Shown here: positions 13,204 to 24,327 of the stretch, in pieces
How positions within the stretch are numbered: the first letter of the stretch is position 1
Layout of the letters: each line of letters begins with the position of its first letter
Source of the DNA: an uncultured Phycisphaerales bacterium
GTDB lineage: Bacteria > Planctomycetota > Phycisphaerae > Tepidisphaerales > Tepidisphaeraceae
Assembly: GCA_963754335.1 (NCBI GenBank)
Contig: CAVWFQ010000004.1
Location: 205,866 to 269,865, forward strand
Direction: 5' to 3'
Length of the DNA: 64,000 nucleotides
Program-made: the position numbers and the translations under genes
Notes under the pieces: generated by a model
What the model saw: only the letters and a program-made list of their open reading frames with translations
Database searches by the model: none
Told to the model about the DNA's origin: nothing

Positions 13204-15978
13204 CTACGTTTTCAGCATCTTCCTCAACACGGTGTGCAGAATTCCCCCATTGCGGTAGTAATCGATCTCCACCGGCGTATCGATCCGGCAGACCGCGGTG
13301 AATTCCTGAACCGGACCCTCCTGCGACCGAACGATTACCTTGACCTCTTGCATCGGCTTCAGATCGTCGCCGATCTGGATATCGAATGTTCCGGATCCCG
13401 TCAGACCGAGGCTCGACCGGTTTTGCCCCTTCTGAAATTGCAGCGGCAATACACCCATTCCGACCAGATTGCTGCGATGAATTCGTTCATAACTCTCGGC
13501 GATCACCGCTTTCACGCCAAGCAGATAGACTCCCTTGGCGGCCCAGTCGCGGCTTGAGCCCATGCCGTAGTCCTTCCCCGCCAGCACAATCAGAGGAATT
13601 CCCTCCTTCTGGTATCGCATCGAGGCATCGTAAATGCTCGTCACTTCTCCGGTTGGGAGATATCGGGTGACGCCCCCTTCGGTTCCGGGGGCGAGCTGAT
13701 TCTTCAGGCGGATGTTGGCAAAAGTTCCGCGGGTCATCACGCGGTCGTTGCCGCGACGGGAGCCGTAGCTGTTGAAATCAATCGGCCCGACGCCGTGATC
13801 CATCAGGAATTTGCCGGCCGGACCGTCCTTCTTGATCGAGCCGGCTGGCGAGATATGGTCCGTCGTGACCGAATCCCCGACCATCACCAGGACTCGCGCG
13901 TTGCGGATCGCCTGGATCGGAAGCGGCTCCGGCGTTAGATTCGTAAAGAACGGCGGTTCCTGGATATAGGTGCTCTTCTCATCCCATTGAAACAGTTCGC
14001 CGCCTTTGACGGGAATCGCGTTCCATTGCTCGTTTCGGTTGGCCACATCGGTGTACTGTTTGATAAACATTTCAGGGCCAAGGCAACTCGCGACCACATC
14101 GCTCACTTCTTTCTGAGTTGGCCAGATATCGCGGAGATAAATCTGCTCGCCTTTCGAGTTCTTCCCGACCGGCTCATCCATCAGATTGACGTCAACCGAG
14201 CCCGCCAGTGCAAATGCGACTACAAGCGGTGGGCTGGCAAGATAGTTCGCCTTTACGTGGGGATTGATGCGTCCTTCAAAGTTGCGGTTTCCGGACAAGA
14301 CCGCCGCTACGACGAGATCGTTCCGCTCGACAGCGCTGGCGATTGCTTCCGGAAGCGGGCCGCTGTTTCCGATACAGGTGGTGCAGCCGTATCCGACGGT
14401 ATTGAAACCGAGCTGATCGAGGTAAGTCGTCAGACCGGCCTTGTCGAAATAATCGGTGACGACGCGGCTTCCCGGCGCGAGACTTGTCTTGACGTAAGGC
14501 GGCACTTTCAAGCCTCGCTCGACGGCTTTCTTGGCCACCAGTCCCGCGGCAATCATGACCGAGGGATTGCTGGTGTTGGTGCAGCTCGTGATGGCGGCAA
14601 TGGTCACGTCGCCGTGCATCAGCTTCACCCATTGGTCGTCGACGGCAACGTACGCCGAATCCTTTTTGGTGTCCGCTTTGAGATGCTCGGTCGTCGCGGC
14701 TTCCCGCTCATCCCCGTATTGCAAAGTCGGAGCGACGGGTCCTTCGGCTGACCAGCGATCCAGCCGCGGCGTCACCGACTCACCCACATCTTTCTTGAAC
14801 ACGTCAACCAACGCGGATCGGAACGATTGCTTAACGCTGCGCAGCTCGACGCGATCTTGCGGCCGTCGCGGGCCGGCGACGCTTGGCATCACCGTCCGCA
14901 AATCCAGCTCGAGCACTTCCGTGAATTTTGGCTCCGATCCGCTATCTCGCCACAACCCCTGTTCCTTGCAATACCGTTCGACCAGGTCGATCTGCTTTTC
15001 GTCCCTTCCAGTCAGGCGCAAGTAAGTCAGCGTCTGGTCGTCGACGGGAAAGAATCCCATGGTCGCGCCGTATTCCGGCGCCATGTTGGCGATGGTCGCT
15101 CGATCGGCCACGCTCATGCTGGCCAGGCCGTCACCGTAAAATTCGACAAACTTCTCAACGACGCCATGCGATCGAAGAATCTGCGTGATGACCAGCACCA
15201 GATCGGTGGCGGTCGAGCCTTCCGGCAATTCACCTTTGAGCTTGAATCCGACCACCTGGGGCGTAACCATGAAAATGGGCTGGCCCAGCATGCAGGCTTC
15301 AGCCTCGATACCCCCGACTCCCCAGCCAACCACGCCCAGACCGTTGATCATCGTTGTATGGCTGTCGGTGCCGACAAGACTATCGGGGAAGGCAATGCCG
15401 TCCTTCACCATCACCACCTTGGCCAGATATTCGAGATTCACCTGATGAACAATCCCCATGGCGGGGGGAACGACGCTGAAATTGCGAAATGCCTTTTGTC
15501 CCCATTTCAGAAATTCGTAGCGTTCCCCATTGCGCTCGAATTCCTTTTCTGAGTTATGCAGCAATGCCAGCGAGTTGCCGTAGTCGTCCACCTGCACGGA
15601 GTGATCGATCACCAGATCGACGGGCACGAGCGGGTTGATGCGCTGCGGATCCCCTCCCGCGCGGCTCATGGCCGAGCGCATGGCCGCCAGATCGACTACG
15701 GCGGGCACGCCGGTAAAGTCCTGCAACACCACGCGTGCCGGCTTAAAGGGAAGCTCTGCCTGCGAAACACGATCGGGGCTCCACGCCGCCAGACCACGCA
15801 CGTCCTTTTCGGTGACCTGAAAGTTGTCGAGATTGCGCAGGCAGCTTTCCAGCAACACTTTGATCGAGAAGGGGAGATGATGCGTGTCGCCCAGTCGATC
15901 GAGACGGTAAATGCGGAGGGCACCCGCTTTGGTCGACAGGGTGGCGGGGGAGCCGAATGGATTGGGAGTAGTGGCCAT
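13204..15978 (-). CDS. acnA: aconitate hydratase A
   Basis: 924-aa intact ORF with full-length aconitase A similarity ([15 protein letters not shown], Fe-S ligand region [18 protein letters not shown]). Confidence 0.95.
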   Translation of the reverse strand: MATTPNPFGSPATLSTKAGALRIYRLDRLGDTHHLPFSIKVLLESCLRNLDNFQVTEKDVRGLAAWSPDRVSQAELPFKPARVVLQDFTGVPAVVDLAAMRSAMSRAGGDPQRINPLVPVDLVIDHSVQVDDYGNSLALLHNSEKEFERNGERYEFLKWGQKAFRNFSVVPPAMGIVHQVNLEYLAKVVMVKDGIAFPDSLVGTDSHTTMINGLGVVGWGVGGIEAEACMLGQPIFMVTPQVVGFKLKGELPEGSTATDLVLVITQILRSHGVVEKFVEFYGDGLASMSVADRATIANMAPEYGATMGFFPVDDQTLTYLRLTGRDEKQIDLVERYCKEQGLWRDSGSEPKFTEVLELDLRTVMPSVAGPRRPQDRVELRSVKQSFRSALVDVFKKDVGESVTPRLDRWSAEGPVAPTLQYGDEREAATTEHLKADTKKDSAYVAVDDQWVKLMHGDVTIAAITSCTNTSNPSVMIAAGLVAKKAVERGLKVPPYVKTSLAPGSRVVTDYFDKAGLTTYLDQLGFNTVGYGCTTCIGNSGPLPEAIASAVERNDLVVAAVLSGNRNFEGRINPHVKANYLASPPLVVAFALAGSVDVNLMDEPVGKNSKGEQIYLRDIWPTQKEVSDVVASCLGPEMFIKQYTDVANRNEQWNAIPVKGGELFQWDEKSTYIQEPPFFTNLTPEPLPIQAIRNARVLVMVGDSVTTDHISPAGSIKKDGPAGKFLMDHGVGPIDFNSYGSRRGNDRVMTRGTFANIRLKNQLAPGTEGGVTRYLPTGEVTSIYDASMRYQKEGIPLIVLAGKDYGMGSSRDWAAKGVYLLGVKAVIAESYERIHRSNLVGMGVLPLQFQKGQNRSSLGLTGSGTFDIQIGDDLKPMQEVKVIVRSQEGPVQEFTAVCRIDTPVEIDYYRNGGILHTVLRKMLKT

Positions 15979-16110
15979 GGTCGAATCTTTTTCAGGGTAA
16001 CGTTGAATGTGTCGCGCGGAGAAGGTTCATTGCCGGGCTACGGGGCGGATTCTATGCGCGCCCTATCAGCCCCACAAGACACGTCCGCGCACACAGAATT
16101 GTGATAATCT

Positions 16111-16845
16111 TTGATTGTGCAACGCTTCTCTTACTATCCGGCAATTCCGCCGCCGGTGGATATCCGGCTGTTTACGGATCCGGAGCATCCTTGTCCGTAT
16201 CTTCCAGATCACGATTCCCAGTCTCGCGCATTCTGGGCGGATCGAATAACGCCGGCGATGTATGAGCAGTTCATGAACGCTGGCTTTCGCCGCAGCGGAA
16301 AAATCGTTTATCAACCGGTTTGCCTCGGCTGTCGTGCCTGCCAGCCGATTCGCGTGCCGGTTTCGCTTTTTCATCCCAATAAGGCTCAACGCCGTTCTCG
16401 AAGGCGCAACCGTGATTTGACCGTTACTTCCGCCGTCCCCAAAGCGACGGACGAAAAATTTGAACTCTACCGCCGATATATCCGCGATTGGCACGGCGGA
16501 TCGATGGACCATGATCGCGACGGCTTCGAACGCTTTTTGTACGAATCGCCGGTGGACTCATTGGAGTTTTGCTATCGCGATCCGAATGGCCGCCTCTTGG
16601 CCGTAGGGATCTGTGACGTGGGACCGGAATCGCTGAGCAGTGTCTACTTTTATTTCGATCCAATTGATGCCTCCCGGGGACTTGGGACGTACGGCGTGCT
16701 TTACGAGATCGAGCACGCAGCGAAACGCAATTTGCCATATTACTATCTGGGGTACTGGGTGGCGCAATGCGGGACGATGGAATATAAGGCCACGTTTCGT
16801 CCGAATGAGCTTCTGTCTCACGATCAAGTCTGGCGTCCGGGGTGA
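16111..16845 (+). CDS. bpt: arginyl/leucyl-tRNA--protein transferase family (Bpt/ATE-like)
   Basis: ATE_N/ATE_C-like blocks: CPYLPD, FRRSG, YQPVCLGCRAC, YYLGYWV. Typical ~240-aa bacterial Bpt. Confidence 0.7.
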   Translation: MIVQRFSYYPAIPPPVDIRLFTDPEHPCPYLPDHDSQSRAFWADRITPAMYEQFMNAGFRRSGKIVYQPVCLGCRACQPIRVPVSLFHPNKAQRRSRRRNRDLTVTSAVPKATDEKFELYRRYIRDWHGGSMDHDRDGFERFLYESPVDSLEFCYRDPNGRLLAVGICDVGPESLSSVYFYFDPIDASRGLGTYGVLYEIEHAAKRNLPYYYLGYWVAQCGTMEYKATFRPNELLSHDQVWRPG

Positions 16846-16978
16846 ATCCAAAATTCGAGGACCGTGAATTCTTACGGCACTTCGGTTTTGAACATAGAAA
16901 TCAAAAATCAGTGCGTGAATGGAAAATCTTTCTTGATTCAGGCATCACATTGTCATAATGACCTGATATTGTATCTGC

Positions 16979-17397
16979 ATGTCTGACTCTGCAATGTCTG
17001 ATGCAACACCCATTCCGGAGCCGCTCGCTCAACCGGGCGCTAAACGTCTTCGAATCCTGATCGTCGAGGACCACACGCCGACGCGCATGGCGATGAGTCG
17101 GCTGGTCCGTCAGGCCGGCGAGACGTGACCACCGTGCGCGACGGGGAAGAAGCGCTCGGCTATCTGCTTACGCAGTTTTTCGATGTGTTGCTCACTGATT
17201 TGCGCATGCCCAAGATGGACGGCTTCGAATTGCTGAACCAATGCCAGACCCTGCCGGAACGACACCGCCCGCGCCGAGTCATCGCCATCAGCGGCGAATA
17301 TGAAGCCAGCGCGCTGCATGGCAAGCCGGTGCAGTTCCTCGCCAAACCGTTCAATATCGACAGCCTTCTCGCAATGCTCAGCGGCAAACCGAACTGA
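16979..17397 (+). CDS. single-domain response regulator (CheY-like receiver), frameshifted at ~17125
   Basis: RLRILIVEDH...LVRQAGE then a -1 shift, continuing VTTVRDGEEALGYL..FDVLLTDLRMPKMDGFELL...FLAKPF. The phospho-acceptor Asp and the K-P motif are present. Confidence 0.75.
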
Positions 17398-17505
17398 CGG
17401 AAATCTAAATGAGCTTGCGCGAGTACACGCAAGCACGGAAGTGACGCTGCCCTACGGAACAGCCGCTAAAAGCTAATTCGATGGCGCATGTTCGCGCTGG
17501 GTCAT

Positions 17506-18345
17506 TTACTCGAAAATTTTACTGAGAAACCGAAAGCTCTTATCCGCCGCCTCCTGAGGCTGCGCGGTGTGCGTGTAGAGTTCGACCGTTAGGAAACGAT
17601 CATAGTGAATTCGATTTAATGCCTCGGCGAGCGCCTTCCAATCGAGCGTTCCCTCGCCGGGAATCAGGTGATAATGCTTGCGGCCCGGAATATCCTCCAC
17701 GTGCAGATTCCAGATTCGACCGTTTAACAGCTCGACCGCTTCAGGGATCGACTCGCCGATCACCTGGCTGTGTCCGACATCGAGATTCGCGCCGAGCCGC
17801 GGGTGACCGAGGCGGGCAATCCACTCGCGCAACTCCGCCACATATTCCAGGAACAGTCCCGGCTCGCATTCGATTCCGACATCAATGCCAAGCTGATCGG
17901 CCCGATCGAGAATCGGCCGAATCGATTCAGCGAATTGCCGCGCCGCCGGAATGGGCGGCATCCCGCCGAGCATGCGCCCGCTGGTGATGCTGACGTTGGC
18001 GGCTCCAAGGTCTTTGGCGAACTGAAGCGTTCGCACGATCATTTCCGAGCGGTCGGCACGATGACGCGGATTGGGACTGATCAGGCTCGGCTCGAAATAC
18101 GGCTCGGCCGGAGCGTCCTTCCAGTAGCCGAATGAGCAATTGCAATTGATGTTGCTGACGGCCAGGTCGAGAGATTCAAGTTCGCGGGCAATTTGCGAGG
18201 TCAGCTCCGGAGTAATTGAGGGAGGGTACGCATGCGGAACATCAGCGAGGATTTCGACTCCCTCGAATCCCGCAGACTTGATCCCGCGCAACGCCTCGAT
18301 TACGCCAAAACGAGTAAAGGCGTTTGTTGAAAACGCAAGCTTCAT
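17506..18345 (-). CDS. sugar phosphate isomerase/epimerase (xylose-isomerase-like TIM barrel)
   Basis: AP_endonuc_2-like pattern (FEGVEI, IGIECEPG, NLDVGH). Confidence 0.7.
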   Translation of the reverse strand: MKLAFSTNAFTRFGVIEALRGIKSAGFEGVEILADVPHAYPPSITPELTSQIARELESLDLAVSNINCNCSFGYWKDAPAEPYFEPSLISPNPRHRADRSEMIVRTLQFAKDLGAANVSITSGRMLGGMPPIPAARQFAESIRPILDRADQLGIDVGIECEPGLFLEYVAELREWIARLGHPRLGANLDVGHSQVIGESIPEAVELLNGRIWNLHVEDIPGRKHYHLIPGEGTLDWKALAEALNRIHYDRFLTVELYTHTAQPQEAADKSFRFLSKIFE

Positions 18346-18581
18346 ATGGAAGTTGAGTTTGGCGGCGCGCCGCGTCGAAGGCAAGCGAGAGGGAATTAAA
18401 CCAACCGCGAAGTCGCGAAAGGCGCGAAGTCAGACGCGAAGGAATGCCAGAGAGCGGTGATCGCTCCGCACTAACCCTCTTCTTCGCGTTTTGCTTCGCG
18501 CTCTTCGTGCCTTCGCGATTGGTCTTTCATTTTCTCATTGCGAAGAGCAGATCGAAAAAACGGGTCGATCGTGCGACCGGT

Positions 18582-19166
18582 TTATTTCTCTGCCGCCTTC
18601 GCCGCCTCGATGACGCCACCGGCGATGCGCGCCGGAATTGCCGGAGGGATCGGTCTTCAGATCGTCGGCCTTGGCGTGGATGATGACCGAATGGCCGATC
18701 ACGCCATTTTTTTCGCCGCTGATCGAAAGCCCCGCCACGGTTACTTCCAGGTGGGCATGGCCCTTATCATCGGCGGTGAGATTGCCGAGATCGCCGGCGT
18801 GATGCTCGGCGGAATCCGGGCCGCCATGGTGATGGCCGTCGGGGTTGAAATGTCCGCCGGCGCTGCTCAGGTCGGGGCGCTGAGGTCTGGTTTAGCGTGA
18901 ATGTGAAAACCATGGTCTCCCGGCGTCAGGCCGTCAATGTCCGCGACGACCTTCACCTTGTCCCCGTCCTCAGTGAACGTCACCGTTCCGCTGATCTCGG
19001 ATTTGACATTCCCGGCGTTGTGAATTGTCGCAGTCGCACTTGCTGCAGTGGCCGCAAGCGCGACGGGCGGAGCCGTCGTGGCCGCGGCATCGTGAGAGGC
19101 GGCGGCGCAGAATCCTGCCAGCAGACCGATCAGGGCAACGGTATAAGACATCGTTCGATCTCGCAT
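18582..19166 (-). pseudogene. sodC: Cu/Zn superoxide dismutase (SodC) interrupted by at least 3 frameshifts
   Basis: Signal peptide plus [35 protein letters not shown], then shifted frames giving [44 protein letters not shown] and GNSGARIAGGVIEAAKAAEK*. Three indels fall within ~585 bp. Confidence 0.75.
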
Positions 19167-19244
19167 CGAAACCTCCGGAAGTGAAAGTTGTTAGTAATTC
19201 GTTTCGTCCAGAAGAAACATGATACCGCGCTGCGGGTCAGTTCC

Positions 19245-19432
19245 GGAAATCGGCGGCAGTTCTTTCCCCCTCTCCCGGTACTCTGGGAGAAGCGAGCGGA
19301 TCGGGCGACTGCCCGCGAGCGGGTTGGGGTGAGGGTCGTCCACATCGCGCGTCGAAAACCCTCACCCCGCGCCCTCTCCGGCGGTACCGGGCGAGGGCGA
19401 GATTTTCGGACCGCCGAATCTGTCACGCGCCC
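19245..19432. repeat. MITE-like composite palindromic repeat (family copy A)
   Basis: Two inverted arms (ccctctcccggtactctgggaga...gggttggggtgagggtc and gaccctcaccccgcgccctctccggcggtaccgggcgaggg) flank a ~40-bp core. Terminal imperfect inverted repeats (aatcggcggcag / ccgccgaatctg). Related copies at 38797-38978 and 58444-58620. Confidence 0.8.
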
Positions 19433-19641
19433 ATGATGCGGACTATTGTCGCGACAATGGCGTCGGGGCACCTCATGAATTAACGTGTCCCGGCCGCAGG
19501 CGACGGGGCGGGCCGTTGCCCAAGCTTCTTGAGGTTATCGCACATTCAGTGAAGATCCAGGCAACCAATCAAGTCGCGACGCTTCAGCCTCCATCCGTCG
19601 CCCTTCCGGGCCGGCCGAGCCTCGTGCCGGCCGCACCCCCG

Positions 19642-21421
19642 ATGCTGTCCATCTCGGCGAGCATCGCCGCGCTGTTGCTGCTCTTTCTGGCCTACCGCAT
19701 TGGCTGGGACATGCCGGCCCGATATCACGTTTACAATTTTCATCCGCACGCAGCGCCTGATCGCTGTGGCGGTAGCGTTCGGCGCAATGTTGTTCGATCC
19801 GCTGCGAAAGCGAATTCTCCAGTTCTTCGAGTCTGCCCGGCGTCCTTCATGCGCACCGCCTGGGTCATCGCCGGGTTGGCGTCGCTCATCTCCGGCGTCT
19901 ATCTCTACGCGACGGCGCGCCGGCAGGGGACGGAATTCATTCTCTATTTTCACGATGAACACAGCTTCATGCTGCAATTGCGGGCCCTGGCGAGCGGCCG
20001 GCTCTGGCTTCCGCCGATCCCAGCGCCGCTACGCGATTTTGTCGAGAGCTTTAACATGCTGGTCTATCCGAAATACGGATCGATCTATTTTCCGGGTACC
20101 GCATTGCTCTATGCGCCTTTCATTGCCGTCGGTCTCCCCTGGTGGTTTGGGCCGCTGGTGACGATGTCGCTCGCGATCGGATTTTTCTACCTGCTCGTAA
20201 CGCAAATGATCGACGGCGTCGCCGGCCTGCTGGCGATCCTGATCATGCTCGCCTGCCCGCAGATTCGCGTCGAATCGCTCATGGTTCTTTCGCAGCCGGC
20301 GCAAATCCTTTTTGAAATCCTCCTGATGCTTGCGTATGTCGCCTGGCGGCGCGACCAGGCGTTTCGCTGGGCGGTGGCGATCGGTTTCTTTGCCGGCGGG
20401 GCGGGCACGATCCGTCCCGCCGACTGCGCTCTGCCTGGTCGTTCCGATCGGGATCGCCATGCTGCTCGATCTGCGCGGCCCTGAACTGCGTCGCGCGATC
20501 GTCACTTTTATCGTTGTCGGACTGTCCGCCTCCCCATTTCTTGCACTCCAAGCCTGGCAGAATGTCGGAATGACCGGGAGATTGAGCGAATTCCCCAGCG
20601 ACTATTACGTCGAGCGGACTTACCCCGCTTCGATGATGGGGTTCCACCCCATCGACTGGGCCCGCGTGCCCGTTCCCGCATTGCTTGAAAAGCGCGCCAG
20701 CAACGAAATGTTCGTCAATGGCGAATATGCGCGACACACGCCCGCCAACATCTGGAGTGAATGGCGCAATCTTCGGCTGCACTTCACCGTGCTCGGCATT
20801 ACTTCCAATCTGATCCTTCTGCTGCTTTTGCCGCTGGGGTTGCTGGGGCTCGTCAACCGGCCGCGAATTGTCTTCATCGCCTCGATGTTCCTCTTTTTTG
20901 CCTTTTACTCCACTTACGTTTTTTATTTCGTTCATTACGCGGTGACCATCGTTCCCATGGTCGTTTTTCTGACGCTGCTGGGCGGCGAAACACTGGCCCG
21001 GCTGTTCCCGGCCGATTGGAGAAGCGGGGCGTGGGCGGTGTTTTCGGCGGGAATCTCGCTCGCCGCCATCGCCGCATTGCCCGAGTTCAATCCAGATCAG
21101 CACGACGGTTATCGCACGCAGGAGCTGAGCCAAGTTGAGCACACCCTCGCGAGACTGCCGGCGGCCGAGCGGTCCGTCGTCCTCTTTCGCTTCGCTCCAG
21201 GCTGCGACCCCGGCGAGGACCCGGTCTACAACACTGACACGGCTTGGCCGGAAGATTCGCGACTTCTCCGATGCCATGACCTGGGCGATTCACGCGACCG
21301 CGAACTCTTCAATTACCTCGCGGCCCACAATCAGGCCGACCGCATTGCTTACCGATACGATCGCGGATCCAGAAAGCTCATCCGGCTCGGGGCTATTCGC
21401 GACCTGACAAACCGATCGTGA
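19642..21421 (+). CDS. polytopic membrane glycosyltransferase (GT39/ArnT/PMT-like), frameshifted near 20420
   Basis: Multiple predicted TM helices; two overlapping ORFs (19516..20484 and 20330..21421) join as ...GGAGTIRP|TALCLVVPIGIAMLL... A large C-terminal periplasmic domain is typical of dolichyl-phosphate-mannose-type transferases. Start uncertain. Confidence 0.55.
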
Positions 21422-22142
21422 TCGCTCGCCCCTTTGCCGCGCCCCGGCTGCCAGTCCGACAAACTCGGGATTCACCGCGGAGACACAGAAGACGCACATG
21501 CACAACAGAGGGGCATTGAGTGAACAAACCGATTTCGCCATAGAGTGCTCCCGCGTCACACAATCTGCGGAAAAGTAACGGTTTTAGAGGGTCTTTCTTA
21601 GCCAGATCGCCGGAATTCAATCAACGCATTCGACAAGATTGAGCGGTGGGGCGGGACTGACCCCAATGGTCTCACGCAGAGCCGCCAAGGCGCGGAGAGG
21701 AAAAGTCCGTTCACCTCGCGATAGCCGCAAGTCACACGCATCATGACTGATGGGAGCCACCTCTGCGTCTTTTGCGCCTCCCCGTGAGCAATATTCGTCT
21801 CCTTCGAATTGTGCAGAATGTTCCACAATGTTGCACGAAATGGACCTTTTTTGTCATTATATTGCTAACAAACACTTCTCATCTACCTATAAGGTCAGCC
21901 GCCTGTGCCCATTTTGCGAATTTGTTGCCGTCGCCGATCCACATCTTCAGGCCAGCGGTGAAGTTAAAAAAATAAAAATAGGTGTGACGATCATCGCCGC
22001 GATGCGGAGGGCGCTGCAGACTTTCGTGCAGCGGGGTTAGACCCAGCGAAGAGAGAGCCGTAATTGGAACCCGCGATGCGAGTGCGGCGTGAAACCGTTT
22101 GCGGCGTTGGGTCACTGCTTACCGGCAAAATTTTCCAGGCCA

Positions 22143-22337
22143 TCAAGGATGATCGTGATCATGATCATGGTCATCGTGATCATGGTCATGGTCGTGATCA
22201 TGCCAATGGTCATCATCGTGGTGACCGTGCCAGCAGCCGGTCACCCCGGCGAATAAGCCGGCGGTAATCGCCGCGGCCAAAAACAGGCGTGCGAATCGAA
22301 TGGGGCCAATGAGAGAAGTCAACGATTTCATCATCAA
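22143..22337 (-). CDS. small His/Asp-repeat lipoprotein (putative metal-binding)
   Basis: Strong ribosome-binding site (AAGGAAAGGA) with 7-nt spacing. Signal peptide with lipobox-like VTGC, then a mature tail CWHGHHDDDHWHDHDHDHDHDDHDHDHDHP. Confidence 0.65.
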   Translation of the reverse strand: MMMKSLTSLIGPIRFARLFLAAAITAGLFAGVTGCWHGHHDDDHWHDHDHDHDHDDHDHDHDHP

Positions 22338-22484
22338 TCCTTTCCTTCAAAATGCAGCAATACGAGTTGCGAAGTGCGTGCCGGGCTGGAAAACAAAGAT
22401 AGAATTTGTTGGCTGGGATGGCGTGATGAGCGATTCCCAGCTCGCCCAGACCCTCTCCCGACGAGGCTGGGGAACGGGGCGTTC

Positions 22485-22892
22485 CTATCCACCGACTGTT
22501 TCAAAGTGGCCGGCGCAGACGAGCTGTTGGTGCGTCACCAGGTCGAAATGGCCCGGCTCGACACACACGCTTTCATGGAAGACGCGGCGGCCGCGGAAAA
22601 TGTCGCGGACTTCGTACCGATCCGGCGTCCAGACGCGCTCTGTTACCGTCTGATAGACCGGAGCAACCCAGACCTGCGTGGGCGGAGCGACGCAGACCGG
22701 CGCGGGCGTCACGACGACCGGAAGTCCAACCCGAACGTCAACGCATCCGACGTCCACGCGCAGATGCGGCCGGTCGTGATGATGCGCCTGGGCGGCGGCC
22801 GGAACCGATCCGACTGCGCCGATGGCCAGCGCGGCTTTCATTGCAGTGGGGGCAACGCATTTCCTGATCAGTCCTGTCAGAATCGCTTTCAT
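22485..22892 (-). CDS. secreted Cys/His-containing hypothetical protein
   Basis: AGGAG ribosome-binding site; signal peptide MKAALAIGAVGSVPAAAQA; mature part begins AHHHDRPH and carries four Cys. Co-oriented with the His-rich lipoprotein just downstream. Confidence 0.55.
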   Translation of the reverse strand: MKAILTGLIRKCVAPTAMKAALAIGAVGSVPAAAQAHHHDRPHLRVDVGCVDVRVGLPVVVTPAPVCVAPPTQVWVAPVYQTVTERVWTPDRYEVRDIFRGRRVFHESVCVEPGHFDLVTHQQLVCAGHFETVGG

Positions 22893-23001
22893 GGCAGTCT
22901 CCTGAAAAATTTCCTTCGTACTGGAGATTGGACACGTGCCCGATTCCGAGGTTGGCTCAGCCGTTCGGCATAGGTATAAACTTGGGGCTCAAAATCACCC
23001 C

Positions 23002-24318
23002 ATGCAAAACCAATACGTCGAACGCGTTGTGGATCTGACCGATTCTTCGGTGAATCGAATTCACAACATGACCGTCGAGGAAGCTCGCGGGCGGTTGCTC
23101 GGAGGACCGGTAGCCGTTTGCCAGATCGATGGCTCGTTTGCACTGGTCGCGCGCGAAGGAAAGCGCGTCTGCCTCGCCCGCTCGCTCGATCGGCCGCTTC
23201 GCTATTTCCTGGCCAAGCGCCGCGAGGGGCCGGCGCTGATCGTCGCCGACCGGATCGACGCGATCGCGCTGGCTCGACGCCGAAGGACTCGGCGGCCAAT
23301 TTCACCCCGCCTACACGCGGATGGTCCCCGCGCATTATCTGGTCGAGATTCAGCTCGTCGGTTGCCCCGATCCGGATCCGACCTACACACGTTTCTTCAC
23401 GCCAACGCGAAATGCACTGCCGGCGGATCTGGATCTGATCGGCTCGGCCTATATCGGCGCGCTGGCCGACGAAGTCTCCAAGTGGCTGCTGAGCATTCCG
23501 AGGCGCGAGCCGATCGGTGTTTGCTTCTCCGGCGGAATCGACAGCGGGGCTGTCTTCCTTGTCACATATCACGTCCTGGGCAAACTCGGCATGAATCTCG
23601 CACGCCTGAAGGCGTTCACGCTCGATTGCGGAAATGGGCCGGATCTCGTCCAGGCGCGACGTTTTCTAGAGTCTCTTGATTTGCAGTTGTTCCTTGAAGA
23701 AATCTCCGTCGACGAAAATGCGCTGGACCCCGCCGAGGCGGTTCGCGTCACCGAGGATTACAAGCCACTCGACGTGCAGTGCGCCGTCATGGGACTTGCA
23801 CTGGCGCGCGGCATCCGGCGCGCTACCCGGATTGGCGATTCCTTCTCGACGGGGACGGCGGCGACGAAAACCTGAAAGATTACCCGGTCGAAGAAAATCC
23901 CGAGCTGACCATCCGCAGCGTCGTGAACAATCTGATGCTCTATCAGGAAGGCTGGGGCGTTGGAAAGATCAAGCACTCGCTCACGTACAGCGGCGGATTG
24001 AGTCGCTCATATACGAGAACGTATGCTCCCGCGCGTAAGTTCAATTTCGATGGATTCAGTCCGTTCACCCGGCCGGCGGTGATCGAAGTGGCCGAGGCCA
24101 TTCCTTTCATTGCGATGACGGACTACGAACTGCCGCGGCTCTACTCACTGAAGGGAGAAATCGTATCCCGCGGCGTCGCGGCCGTGACCGGCCTGCGCAT
24201 GCCGGTTTTTCCCAAGCGGCGTTTTCAACATGGCGCGCTGCCGGCGGAGCGGATGGAGCAACGACTGAGCGTGCGGGAAGCCGACTATCGGCGGCAGTTC
24301 CACAATCTCTATTCGTGA
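23002..24318 (+). CDS. asparagine-synthetase-like ATP pyrophosphatase (PP-loop, AsnB C-terminal domain family) without obvious glutaminase Cys, two frameshifts (~23272, ~23820)
   Basis: PP-loop SGGIDS (GVCFSGGIDSGAV) and the AsnB-like LLDGDGGDENLKDY block. Three ORFs (22936..23679, 23321..23875, 23779..24318) join as IALA|LDAEGLGG... and ...ARGIRR|RYPDWRFLLDGDGGDE. Confidence 0.65.
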
Positions 24319-24327
24319 AGTGATTCC

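Noticed and set aside
13987-14751. 254-aa + strand ORF (and 14827..15552, 15556..16104)
   Set aside because: Antisense to the intact aconitase gene; typical GC-rich shadow ORFs.
18538-18900. 120-aa + strand ORF
   Set aside because: Antisense to the (frameshifted) sodC gene; the hydrophobic translation is a mirror of SOD Gly/Ala-rich strands.
20279-21277. 332-aa minus-strand ORF
   Set aside because: Antisense to the membrane glycosyltransferase; highly charged, low-complexity translation.
22064-22267. + strand ORF with DHDHGHRDHGHGRDH repeats
   Set aside because: It is the antisense mirror of the His/Asp-repeat lipoprotein gene. The minus-strand ORF has the ribosome-binding site and signal peptide, so the + ORF is rejected.
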